A DNA stretch of 32,000 nt from Zestosphaera tikiterensis (GCA_003056265.1 NBVN01000002.1:600001-632000); one strand, 5' to 3'. Shown: positions 16,772-25,785, counted from the first letter of the stretch. Numbers and translations are program-made. The notes: generated by a model from the letters alone, not told the origin.

Positions 16772-18625
16772 TCACGTAGTGAGTTCCTTCCTTAAGTTCC
16801 TAACGACTTCTACGGCGTCGTAAAGCCCTAACTTCTTAAGGGTTTCTTCAGTCGGTATCCCGAGTTCGTCCCAACCTAGGCTTAAGTAATATTCCTTAAG
16901 TTTGGATTTAACCTCCTCAGAATCCCCTTTGGCTCCTTTGTAAGGTCCGGAAGGTAATGGTTCGTAAAACCTCGGCGGGTTGTCATCGTGTTTTCTGGGG
17001 TCCCAAACCACGTCCGATCCTCCGAGTAGGAGAAGTATGCGTTGTAGAGATAGTATGCGAGGCGCTATAACGCCGTAGAACTCCTCCTTACTTAAGTTCC
17101 ACCCCGTTACGGCGTTTAAGTACTTTATCATGGTGGTGTCGTCTATGGCCGTGAACATACATACTACACCGCTATCTATGAGCACAGCCCAAGCCTCGGA
17201 TTCCTCGCTATTCGCTGGCAAGCCAGCTACCGACGTGTGATCACCGCCTTGAACTGAGGCAGCGTAAGCTATAGGTTGCGGGTAGTCCTTCCTACTTCTA
17301 ATTCCGTGTGCGCCAACACCCACGCCCTTAACCTGCACCGCGTATTGAAGCAATTCATCAACGCCCACCTTCTTAAGCTCAGCTATTTTCAACGCAGCTC
17401 TGTAGGTCCCCTCAGCTAAAACAGCTCCAAACCCCCTCCTGAAAGCTACGTCTTCAAGCAACCTACTCAAGCATTTGAAATCACCCCAGCTTAACTCATA
17501 ACCTAAATCCTCCCTGCTTAAGTACCCCCTCTCATAAAGCTCTAACGCAAACCCTAACGCATTACCTGTTTGAATACCGCATAACCCAAGCTCGTCGGCT
17601 AGCGACGATAACGCAGTAGCTTCCTCAACTTTAAACACACCTAAATTACTCCCTAAATACGCACCCATCTCATAATCGGGGCCGTCCGTATAGTAGGTCT
17701 TACCATCTATCGAGACCTTACTAACTTTCATGCACGCTAGCGGGCAACCCCAATCAGCCCACGGATTCTTAACCCAGTACTTCCTCTCCATAACCACGTG
17801 GCTAAATTCGGTGTTATCATGCCATTCCTCAATCCAGTTCTTTATCGGTTCGGAGCTGGTGTCATGGCCTGTCGACCATAACCCAGCCGTGGTACCCCAC
17901 TGCCTAAACGTCTTCCTCTGGGAGACCTTATCCAGGACTTCATACCTTAGTTTGAGGAATTCCTCAGGGTTGGCAACCTTAGGTAGGGGGCCTGAACCCT
18001 TAACGACTATAGCCTTCAGTTTTTTAGAGCCCATAACCGCTCCGTAACCTCCGTAACCAGCTGCGTGGAACCACCTACTCATCACCACGGAAGTTCTAAC
18101 GAGGTTCTCCCCCGCTGGGCCTATGTAAAGTGAGGGTAGGTCACGACCTAAGTCCTTCCTTAAAGCTTCAAGGAATTCAGAACCTTTTAAACCCCATAAC
18201 CTTCCAGCATCTCTAACCTCTACTTTATCGTCCTCCACGTATATGTAGACAGGGTCTTTAGAAGCTCCCCTAACTATTAAGCCGTCGTAACCCGCTGATT
18301 TCAACGCGTAAGCAACGTCGGTTGATATGGCTGAACCAACGACGCCGTTGCTTTGAGGGCTCTTACCCGAAACCACCAGCTTAATACCTGGGTAGTACCC
18401 AGTTAGAGGTCCGGTCATGACTATCAATAAGTTCTCGGGGCTTAACGGATCTACTTGACGCCACTTCCTCCCCAACTCCCTCCAGAGGATGTACGTAGCT
18501 AAACCCCTACCGCCTAAGAACATCCTGTATGTGATTCTATGCACTTTACTTACTGAGGTTTTCCCCGTGCTTAAATCCACGTCCAGTAAGTTGCCTGTTA
18601 AGCCGAAGTAGCTCAACCTACTCAC
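16772..18625 (-). CDS. aor: tungsten-type aldehyde:ferredoxin oxidoreductase family protein
   Basis: 617 aa. AOR-family N-terminal domain (RMFLGGRGLATYIL, GPLTG, SGKSP), GYGGYGAVMGSKKLKAIVV, FeS region DWGCPLAC and distal DSGVVCMF. Confidence 0.9.
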   Translation of the reverse strand: MSRLSYFGLTGNLLDVDLSTGKTSVSKVHRITYRMFLGGRGLATYILWRELGRKWRQVDPLSPENLLIVMTGPLTGYYPGIKLVVSGKSPQSNGVVGSAISTDVAYALKSAGYDGLIVRGASKDPVYIYVEDDKVEVRDAGRLWGLKGSEFLEALRKDLGRDLPSLYIGPAGENLVRTSVVMSRWFHAAGYGGYGAVMGSKKLKAIVVKGSGPLPKVANPEEFLKLRYEVLDKVSQRKTFRQWGTTAGLWSTGHDTSSEPIKNWIEEWHDNTEFSHVVMERKYWVKNPWADWGCPLACMKVSKVSIDGKTYYTDGPDYEMGAYLGSNLGVFKVEEATALSSLADELGLCGIQTGNALGFALELYERGYLSREDLGYELSWGDFKCLSRLLEDVAFRRGFGAVLAEGTYRAALKIAELKKVGVDELLQYAVQVKGVGVGAHGIRSRKDYPQPIAYAASVQGGDHTSVAGLPANSEESEAWAVLIDSGVVCMFTAIDDTTMIKYLNAVTGWNLSKEEFYGVIAPRILSLQRILLLLGGSDVVWDPRKHDDNPPRFYEPLPSGPYKGAKGDSEEVKSKLKEYYLSLGWDELGIPTEETLKKLGLYDAVEVVRNLRKELTT

Positions 18626-19130
18626 CTCCTAAGACGCGTTCTTTAAGGTCTTCAGCTATTACTTCAGGTGGTTTAGCATAAAGCTTTATAGTCGTGCTTG
18701 AAGGCTTTTTAATAAGTTTTAAAGCGTTATATCCAACTCTAGAACATTCCTTAACGCATGCTGGATCCCCACCACATAAGTCACATATGATTACGTAGCT
18801 AAACCCCTTAACTATCCTAGGTATTCCCCCAGGACATGCTTTAACGCAGTTACCGCATAAAGTACATAAAGCAGAATCAACCAATACAGCCCCACTTACA
18901 TCACTAACTTTTAAAGCTTTCGTAGGGCATGAAGCAACGCATGGGTAGTCCGGACACTGCACACATACTTGAGGGACGGGAACCCCAGGGTATGGCTCAA
19001 ACACTTTAATTCTTGAGGCGTCAGGCCATATAAGGCCTTCATGCTTTAACGTGCAGGCGATCTCACATAATCTACAGCCTGTGCATAAGTTATAATCTAT
19101 CAATATCCACACCTGACTTGATGCCGACAT
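18618..19130 (-). CDS. 4Fe-4S polyferredoxin-like electron-transfer subunit (four cluster-binding motifs)
   Basis: CTGCRLCEIAC, CVQCPDYPCVASCP, CTLCGNCVKACP and CDLCGGDPACVKEC. Overlaps the AOR start by 8 nt. Confidence 0.9.
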   Translation of the reverse strand: MSASSQVWILIDYNLCTGCRLCEIACTLKHEGLIWPDASRIKVFEPYPGVPVPQVCVQCPDYPCVASCPTKALKVSDVSGAVLVDSALCTLCGNCVKACPGGIPRIVKGFSYVIICDLCGGDPACVKECSRVGYNALKLIKKPSSTTIKLYAKPPEVIAEDLKERVLGGE

Positions 19131-19218
19131 ATTAAATCACTAGTTTTTCTTATGTCATTAACGTATTTAAGCTTAACGAGGGCTTATTAACTTCCTATAT
19201 AAGGAGTTTTTGTAGGTT

Positions 19219-20121
19219 GTGAGTATGTTTAACCGCGTGCCAAACCCAAAGGAAAGAGTTGATTTAGTTGAGGTGGTTGTTCTAGCTGACGACTTCGCCG
19301 GCCATCACTACGGTTTCTTAGGACATCACGGAGTTTCATATTTCGTTCGAGTTCGTTACGGTGATTTAGAGAAGAAAATACTCTTCGACGTAGGTAGTCA
19401 AGCAGAACCCGTCATTCATAACATGAGGAGGTTAGGTATAGATCCTAAGGCTGTTGACTACATAGTTTTATCGCATAGTCATTACGACCACGTAGGCGGG
19501 TTGAAAGAGTTCCTAAGGCACGTAGGTAAAGAAACGCCAATCATAGCACATCCTGAAGTGTTTAAAACAAGCTTCTCTGTGGAGCCAGCACTACGTCTAG
19601 TCAGCCCTTCATGGGTTAAGGAAGAAGTTGAGAGCTTAGGCGGGAGGTTCATCCTAGTTAAGGAACCTCTAAAGATTATGCCCGGGGTTTGGGTCACTGG
19701 TGAGGTAAGGGATGATGAAAAGTTAGAAGTCGATAGGGGAGTTAGTTACGGGCTGTTTAAAGTAGGCGCTTATGGGGCGGTGGAGGAAGACTTAATAAAT
19801 GAGGAGATCTCCTTAGCTATAAACACGACGTCGGGGTTGGTGGTTATTGTGGGGTGCAGCCATCCAGGAATAGCCAGCATAGTTGAGAAGTCGTCTAAAC
19901 TCTTTAAGCAGGAAAAGGTACGGGCAGTTATTGGGGGTTTCCACCTACTTAACGCTAACGAAGCTAGAGTAGAGGCTGTGGTGAATTACTTCAAAGTGAA
20001 AGGCGTCGAGCATATATACGCAGGTCATTGCACAGGACTTAAAGCTGAGGCAAGATTCTTAAACGAATTCGGTGAAAGTTTTACGAAGCTCTACGCCGGC
20101 TTAACGATAAAGTTCCCGTAG
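19219..20121 (+). CDS. metallo-beta-lactamase fold protein (COG1237-like)
   Basis: LFDVGSQ...LGIDPKAVDYIVLSHSHYDHVGGL (H-x-H-x-D-H), later GCSHPG and GGFHL. The track start is GTG 19219. ATG 19225 lies about 25 nt downstream of a TATATAA box (19197-19203) and could be a leaderless start. Confidence 0.8.
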   Translation: MSMFNRVPNPKERVDLVEVVVLADDFAGHHYGFLGHHGVSYFVRVRYGDLEKKILFDVGSQAEPVIHNMRRLGIDPKAVDYIVLSHSHYDHVGGLKEFLRHVGKETPIIAHPEVFKTSFSVEPALRLVSPSWVKEEVESLGGRFILVKEPLKIMPGVWVTGEVRDDEKLEVDRGVSYGLFKVGAYGAVEEDLINEEISLAINTTSGLVVIVGCSHPGIASIVEKSSKLFKQEKVRAVIGGFHLLNANEARVEAVVNYFKVKGVEHIYAGHCTGLKAEARFLNEFGESFTKLYAGLTIKFP

Positions 20122-20139
20122 GTTGATGCGGGTCTACGG

Positions 20140-20979
20140 CTACTTAACGTATACGTAGCTTACGTTTTTCTGAACGCATAAGTTAACGATCTCCGTCCTG
20201 TCTTCAGAACGCATCTTAGTTATTACGACTTTCTCCACCTTATCCGCGTTTCTTTCAAGTGCTTGAAGCGCTATATCCCTCAGCCTTTCCTTATGCTGCG
20301 TTAATTCGTTGATTGCGTACCTAGATATTATATGTCCGTAACACTCCCTTAACGTAAGCGCTCTCTCCGTGAATTGCTCAGCGTAGTGTGGGCCGCCGAA
20401 ACCTACCGTAGGAACGCACTCAACAGGTGAGGCGTTAGTTAAAGCCGCGATTATGGCTTGCGCTAACGTCTCGTGAGCTTCGCTTAAACTCCATTCAAGC
20501 TCTGAAGAGCCTATCTCAACGAAAGTCAGCGGTTTTTTAACGTTTGTAGGTCCGTGATGCGTTACTTCATAAACCACTTTAAAGTCTGGTAAGGTGTTCA
20601 CGGCTAACTTACTGATGTTCGTTAATATGCTGTAGGATATCCTAGGGTTTGAGTAGGCAAGCTCGTATGGGTTCCCACCAAATAACGCTTCGTTGGTTGG
20701 GTTCCCTGTATGATGCACTGTAAGTGATTTAACACCTGAGCTTGCTGAATGCCTTGAAAGGATTATGAAGTACTCAGCCTCAGGCAGTACGTCATCGAGG
20801 AAGTTAAAGTATATTACGTCTTCGTTGAACTCAGCTAGTAAGGCGTCTATATCCTCAACATACCAAGCCCTTAACGCCTTACTTAAGCGGGCCTCCCTAT
20901 ACTTAAGGATTTTAAGAAGTGATTTAGCTATTCCTGAACCAGCCGGGTCTATAGAGCTATACACCAGCGCCTTCATCAA
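20140..20979 (-). CDS. dtdA: archaeal-type D-aminoacyl-tRNA deacylase
   Basis: Family-typical blocks SRHSASSG, LTVHHTGN, EVTHHGPT, FVEIGSSELEW and GFGGPHYA. About 280 aa. Confidence 0.8.
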   Translation of the reverse strand: MMKALVYSSIDPAGSGIAKSLLKILKYREARLSKALRAWYVEDIDALLAEFNEDVIYFNFLDDVLPEAEYFIILSRHSASSGVKSLTVHHTGNPTNEALFGGNPYELAYSNPRISYSILTNISKLAVNTLPDFKVVYEVTHHGPTNVKKPLTFVEIGSSELEWSLSEAHETLAQAIIAALTNASPVECVPTVGFGGPHYAEQFTERALTLRECYGHIISRYAINELTQHKERLRDIALQALERNADKVEKVVITKMRSEDRTEIVNLCVQKNVSYVYVK

Positions 20980-21054
20980 ACCACACCACGTTAAACATGA
21001 TGTACTGTGTAATTTAACGTAAGAAATAATAAAACTACGCCTTAAGACTATGTT

Positions 21055-22419
21055 ATGGTGTTTGAAGTGGGTAACTACGACGTGTTGGTTGTCGGTGCTG
21101 GTTTGGCAGGTTCTTCAGCTGCGTATTTCCTAAGTAAGTCCGGGCTTAAGGTTTTAATCGTTGATGTTAAACCCCCGTCTAAAGTGGGGGATAAGCCCTG
21201 CGGTGATGCCATCGGTAAACACCATTTCGACGAGTTGGGTTTAGACTACCCGACCAACGACATGCTTGAGGGCTTCGTTAAAGGGATAGACGTATACTCA
21301 CCTACTGAGTCTATGAAATATAGGGTTTTAGGTGAGGGGTTTGAAGTAGATAGGGTTAAATACACGCAATACCTACTTAAGAAAGCCTTAGACGGAGGCG
21401 TTGAGTTCCTAGGCGAGACTCAGGCAGTGGAGCCCATCGTTAAAGACGGTTTCGTGGTTGGCGCTACCTTATGGAGCAGGGGTAGGGGTAAGTGGGTAGT
21501 TAACTCTAAAGTAGTTATCGACGCGTCGGGCGTTTCAAGATCTTTAGTTAGGAAGTTAGATAGTTTGAGTTGGCCTGTGGCTGAGCCGGCAGACCCTAAA
21601 GACTTCAACATAGCTTATAGGGAAGTCAGGAAGTTAAGTAAAGCCGTTGAAGAACCTGAGATATTGAGGATTTACGTGAGTAAGACCGTAGCCCCCGGAG
21701 GCTATTGGTGGTTCTTCCCATACTCCATATACGGCGACGTAGTTAACGTTGGGTTAGGGGTTCAAGGCGGTGTGGGTTACCCACACCCTAAAGACCTCCT
21801 GTATAAGTACGTGTTTAGTAGGGACGTCTTTAAAGGAAGTCAGGTGTTGGAGGCTGGAGGCGCTGCAGTACCTACTAGAAGGCCCGTAGCGTCTTTAGTT
21901 TGGAACGGTGTTGCCGTGGTGGGTGACGCCGCCTACGCGGTAAACCCAGTTCATGGTGGGGGTAAGGGGCCGGCGATGGTTTCCTCTATGTGCGTGTCTA
22001 AAGCAGTCGTTAAAGCTTTAGATGAGGGTGTGGCGTCCGCTGAGAATCTTTGGAGTGCTAACCTCTGCTTTATGAGTAGGTATGGAGCTAAGCAAGCGTC
22101 TCTAGACGTGTTTAGGATATTCCTTCAGAAGTTAAGCGATGAAGACCTCGAGTATGGGATGAGTAGGAAGTTAATTAAGGAGGAGGATTTAAACACAGTC
22201 TCCCTTAAAGGAGACCTAGAGTTAAGCGTCGTTGATAAGGCGTTGAGGTTGTTAAGCGGTTTAAGAAGGCCTTCACTACTTATAAAGTTGAAGGTTGTAG
22301 CTGACTACATGAGTGAGGTTAAGAAGCTATATCTAAACTACCCTGAGAAACCCTCCGGTCTTAAAGAATTCGTAAACCGTGTTGAGGGTTTATTCGCTAA
22401 AGTACGTAGTGAGTTTTAA
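21055..22419 (+). CDS. geranylgeranyl reductase family flavoprotein (digeranylgeranylglycerophospholipid reductase-like)
   Basis: FAD-binding YDVLVVGAGLAGSSAAYFLSKSGLKVLIVD, conserved PCGDAI, and GDAA-x-x-NP-x-x-GGG. Its 454-aa length is like crenarchaeal GGRs. Confidence 0.85.
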   Translation: MVFEVGNYDVLVVGAGLAGSSAAYFLSKSGLKVLIVDVKPPSKVGDKPCGDAIGKHHFDELGLDYPTNDMLEGFVKGIDVYSPTESMKYRVLGEGFEVDRVKYTQYLLKKALDGGVEFLGETQAVEPIVKDGFVVGATLWSRGRGKWVVNSKVVIDASGVSRSLVRKLDSLSWPVAEPADPKDFNIAYREVRKLSKAVEEPEILRIYVSKTVAPGGYWWFFPYSIYGDVVNVGLGVQGGVGYPHPKDLLYKYVFSRDVFKGSQVLEAGGAAVPTRRPVASLVWNGVAVVGDAAYAVNPVHGGGKGPAMVSSMCVSKAVVKALDEGVASAENLWSANLCFMSRYGAKQASLDVFRIFLQKLSDEDLEYGMSRKLIKEEDLNTVSLKGDLELSVVDKALRLLSGLRRPSLLIKLKVVADYMSEVKKLYLNYPEKPSGLKEFVNRVEGLFAKVRSEF

Positions 22420-22446
22420 CTCTTAAATGCTTTTATGACGTAGTGG

Positions 22447-24261
22447 TTAAGCTTCCTTAAGCCATGGATACATGTCAATCCACTTACTTATGAATGGCTC
22501 GTACGTCTTCATATACAGCGGGTGTGAAGTCATCTTCTTAATAAGTTCTAAATCCCTCCTATACTTCATAGCGTCGCCCACGCTTCCCTCACCCTTCAGC
22601 TTAACCCACTCATCAAGCGTGAGCATGTACTTCTTCTGAACGTAGTCTCTATAGACGTCGCTTAACACGTTGAACGTGCAGAACGGCACTACCCTCCCGT
22701 CAGGCATTAGGTAATGTACGTTGCATCTCATAACCCTCTCCACGTCGTAGTTGTAGAGATCCATGAAGTGCATCATGCCTAAGAACATAAACTTATAGTG
22801 CCACTCACCTAAAGATTCGTAGGATTGCTTAGTGAAGATCTCGAAAAGCAGTTTAGGCAGGATCTTCTTAACGTCTGAAGGCACTTCAGACCATTTAATG
22901 TATTTAGTTATCATCGAAAGCAGTATTTTAGACCCTATGACGAACTTAGCTCCGCCACTCCTTAACTCCTTAGCTTTTTCGGAGAGGTAGTCCAGAAAGC
23001 CCTCCACATCTATCATCTTAGTTATGGGTATGAACTCAACCGAGCTATCCACCTTCTTAACGTAGACGTAAGTCCCGACACCGCATTCCGGGTGGTTAGC
23101 CATCTCGAACTTAAACTTCCCAGATAGAGACTCTATAAACTCGGAAACGGATGTTGAGGTAGGTACTGGGAACCAGTCATTTACCGTTATCTGGCCTGAG
23201 GTCTGCTCTTCAATCATCTTTATAGTGTCGTAAATCGTTACCCTCAGCTTCTCCCTCTCAGCCTTCTTAATCATCCCAGTAAGTGAGACTGGCTGGAAGT
23301 TAACCGACCTAACTATGTCCATGTTTAAAGCCGCGAATTTTATTATGTCGCCCAACTCATGCGTGTTAACTCCTTTAATCACTGTAGGAACTAAAACAAC
23401 GCTTGTAACGCCTCCCTTCCTGAAGGTCTCGAAGATAAACGGTATCTCCCAATGGTTTTTAGGGTTGGCCTTAGGTGAGACTCCGTCGAAGCTCATGTAT
23501 ATCGTGTTAACTCCAGCTTCTCTAATGCTCTTAGCTAGTTTAACCGCTTCCTCCTCGCCTTTAGTTAGGTAGAGTCTTGCGAAGGCTATAGCGTGTGTGT
23601 TAAGTTGGATATGTCTAACGCCTAAACCCCTAAGCAGCTTAACTATGTCGACTAAGTCCTCCCTAAGCGTTGGTTCACCACCGGTTAACTGTATGGCCGG
23701 CGTAACGCCCTGCTTAAGGAGTTGCTTAACCATAAACTCAATCTGCTCTATTGAAGGCTCGTATACGAAGCCGGACTTCTCAGCGTAGAAGAAGCAATAC
23801 CAACAGCTTAAATCACATCTGTTGGTAAGCACTAAATTCGCTAACGCAGTATGGTTTTTATGTAGGGGGCAGAGCCCGCAGCTGTATGGGCATGGGGCGG
23901 TTAACTCCGTATATACGTGTCTAGGCCCTCTACCCTCAACAAACCACTTCTCAATCCTTTTAGCGAATTCTGAACTACCCTGATATATTTCTTCGATCTC
24001 GCCGTGTTCCGGACATACCTTCCTAATGTAGAGCTTCCCATCCCTCTCAACTATTACCGCCGGAAGTAACGCGTAGCAGTAAGGGCAGATGGATTGCGTG
24101 TACCTAACTAACTTCTCACCCTCCCTAACCTTAGGTAGTGGGCCGCCAACACGGACTTCCTTATCAGCTATCCTAACGACTTTAGACCTTACGTCAAACG
24201 ATGAAGGACGTATTAATGAGGGCTTACCTAACTCATCGCTTACTTCATTCAAGCACTTCAA
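22447..24261 (-). CDS. tes: radical SAM enzyme of the MJ0619 / tetraether lipid synthase (Tes, GDGT-MAS) type
   Basis: N-terminal rubredoxin-like CPYC...VCPEHG, auxiliary APCPYSCGLCPLH, and radical SAM CDLSCWYC followed by GGEPTL. The large C-terminal domain and the arrangement match what I recall of the COG1964/MJ0619 family. Adjacent to GGR. Confidence 0.6.
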   Translation of the reverse strand: MKCLNEVSDELGKPSLIRPSSFDVRSKVVRIADKEVRVGGPLPKVREGEKLVRYTQSICPYCYALLPAVIVERDGKLYIRKVCPEHGEIEEIYQGSSEFAKRIEKWFVEGRGPRHVYTELTAPCPYSCGLCPLHKNHTALANLVLTNRCDLSCWYCFFYAEKSGFVYEPSIEQIEFMVKQLLKQGVTPAIQLTGGEPTLREDLVDIVKLLRGLGVRHIQLNTHAIAFARLYLTKGEEEAVKLAKSIREAGVNTIYMSFDGVSPKANPKNHWEIPFIFETFRKGGVTSVVLVPTVIKGVNTHELGDIIKFAALNMDIVRSVNFQPVSLTGMIKKAEREKLRVTIYDTIKMIEEQTSGQITVNDWFPVPTSTSVSEFIESLSGKFKFEMANHPECGVGTYVYVKKVDSSVEFIPITKMIDVEGFLDYLSEKAKELRSGGAKFVIGSKILLSMITKYIKWSEVPSDVKKILPKLLFEIFTKQSYESLGEWHYKFMFLGMMHFMDLYNYDVERVMRCNVHYLMPDGRVVPFCTFNVLSDVYRDYVQKKYMLTLDEWVKLKGEGSVGDAMKYRRDLELIKKMTSHPLYMKTYEPFISKWIDMYPWLKEA

Positions 24262-24298
24262 CCTCTGAAATACTTATACAGCGTTAAAATAAAAACTT

Positions 24299-25102
24299 TT
24301 GCTCAATCGATTAAGTGGGTGGTTTAAGGTGGTTAAGCTTTACGTGCATAGACTCTGCTTATCTAGCTATACACTCTATAAAGAACTTAAGGCTAGAGGC
24401 ACCTTAGATAAGGTTAAGTTCGTCGACACCTCAAACAGCTTAAAAGCGGTTAAGAAAGGTGTTTTCAGCGTTCCAGCGTTGGAAACTCAAGGCATGTTAG
24501 TAGCTGTAGACCCGATAGAGGTGGAGTTAGTTGAAGCCGCCGCGTTAAACGAAGACTTAAGTAGGTTCGCCCCAAAAACAGTTGAGGAAGCGGTTGAAGC
24601 TTTCTTTAAAAGCCTCTACGCAAGCGGTTACCTATCATGTGTTTCCTTAATCCACGGGCTGAAGCCAATCCTTAAAGACTTAAGCACGGTGAGACTCCTA
24701 GCTAAGTTAAGGTTAGGCACCACGTTAAAAACCTCTGAAGTTATGGAAGGCATACTTAAAAAGATGGAGGCAAGCGAAGATGAAGTAAGGAGTAAGTTAG
24801 CGTATATATGCTTTAAAAACTACGTTAGAGAACATATATGGTTAAACCCTAAAGCAAGCTATGAAGACATACGAAACACATTAAACGAAAGCAACGTAAC
24901 ATCATGGCTACTCGCTAAAACCTCAGTAGGAAGAACCTTAATACCGAACAACCTAAACACGGTTAAGAAAGCAGCCAACGAATTAATTAAACTAGGGAAT
25001 AACAAACTCGAAACAACAACAGCAAAAACCAAAGAAGAAGTAGAAACCCTATCGAAAGACATAGAATTCCAGAAATACATAAAAACAAAAAGAAGCAGTT
25101 AA
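24299..25102 (+). CDS. hypothetical protein (possible thioredoxin-fold-like N-terminus, helical Lys/Glu-rich C-terminus)
   Basis: ORF from TTG 24299, only 37 nt from the divergent tes start. GVG-type alternative: GTG 24329 (VVKLYVH...) is an alternative start lying downstream of a TTAAAATAAAAA box. There is no CxxC motif. The 3' third lies in an A-rich, T-poor tract. Confidence 0.5.
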   Translation: MLNRLSGWFKVVKLYVHRLCLSSYTLYKELKARGTLDKVKFVDTSNSLKAVKKGVFSVPALETQGMLVAVDPIEVELVEAAALNEDLSRFAPKTVEEAVEAFFKSLYASGYLSCVSLIHGLKPILKDLSTVRLLAKLRLGTTLKTSEVMEGILKKMEASEDEVRSKLAYICFKNYVREHIWLNPKASYEDIRNTLNESNVTSWLLAKTSVGRTLIPNNLNTVKKAANELIKLGNNKLETTTAKTKEEVETLSKDIEFQKYIKTKRSS

Positions 25103-25189
25103 ATAATTAAATCAATAATATATTGAAAACAAACCAACGAAACCATGAGTCAAAAAGCTTAAAAACAAAAACAACACAGAAGTAAGGCA

Positions 25190-25194
25190 GAGGT
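25190..25194 (+). promoter_or_regulatory. Shine-Dalgarno-like GAGGT upstream of the first filament-subunit gene
   Basis: GAGGT lies 9 nt before ATG 25204 and is complementary to the archaeal 16S 3' end (..CACCUCC). Confidence 0.35.
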
Positions 25195-25203
25195 AAAAAC
25201 CAA

Positions 25204-25785
25204 ATGAACAAAAACCAGAAAAGAACGTTGTTGGCGCTTGCGGCCCTAGCTATAGCCGTAGCTGTGGTAAACGCCAGCGTCTTCGCATACTACCAGATAG
25301 ACGTGACAATAACTGGTGTGCAACCACCGGTAGTCTTTGTTGCAGGTAACAACGCTAACAAGGCAGACCTAGGAGCGGGCAACAGCATTGCTGTAGCTCT
25401 AGGAGCGAACAGCACCTCAGCTGCAATAACGATCCACCCAACCTATCAGCACACATACTACCACGACGTACTCAAAGTCAATAACATCGATAGAAATAAA
25501 GCCTATTACGTAGCGTTCAAAGTCACATCAGCTATATCCAGCTGGCCCTCTGATTCGGTTGCGAAGATGATTATATACAGTAGTGGCGGCTCGAAGGTTA
25601 CGGATGTAGACCTCAAAGCTAATAGTGATACGGGCTGGATAGGGCTTCTGGATGCTAACGACTATTACAGGATCGATTTCTACATATACTACCCGGAGGG
25701 TAACCAGCTACCGGGCGGAACAGTGCAAGTTCAGCTGATATATAGCCCGCAGAACCCATCGACAATACCGACATTACCATCGTAG
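25204..25785 (+). CDS. secreted TasA-class-like protein, candidate major filament subunit
   Basis: Signal peptide MNKNQKRTLLALAALAIAVAVVNA with V-N-A at -3..-1, then SVFAYYQIDVTITGVQPPVVFVAG. Beta-rich, 193 aa. The N-terminal block is paralogous to the next gene, and a dedicated S26 peptidase gene follows in the cluster. Confidence 0.7.
   Translation: MNKNQKRTLLALAALAIAVAVVNASVFAYYQIDVTITGVQPPVVFVAGNNANKADLGAGNSIAVALGANSTSAAITIHPTYQHTYYHDVLKVNNIDRNKAYYVAFKVTSAISSWPSDSVAKMIIYSSGGSKVTDVDLKANSDTGWIGLLDANDYYRIDFYIYYPEGNQLPGGTVQVQLIYSPQNPSTIPTLPS

Noticed and set aside
17730-18047. 105-aa plus-strand ORF inside the AOR gene. Similar ORFs occur at 23315-23788 inside the radical SAM gene and at 1221-1679, 465-740, 13217-13665, 15898-16095, 19482-19697, 20765-21022, 21420-21611, 24859-25080, 27011-27211 and 30062-30292.
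   Set aside because: All are antisense to, or overlap, longer ORFs with clear family motifs, and none has a recognisable motif of its own.
25145-25162. Mini-ORF ATGAGTCAAAAAGCTTAA (MSQKA) in the leader of the subunit gene.
   Set aside because: It is too short and has no ribosome-binding context. It most likely occurs by chance within the A-rich tract.
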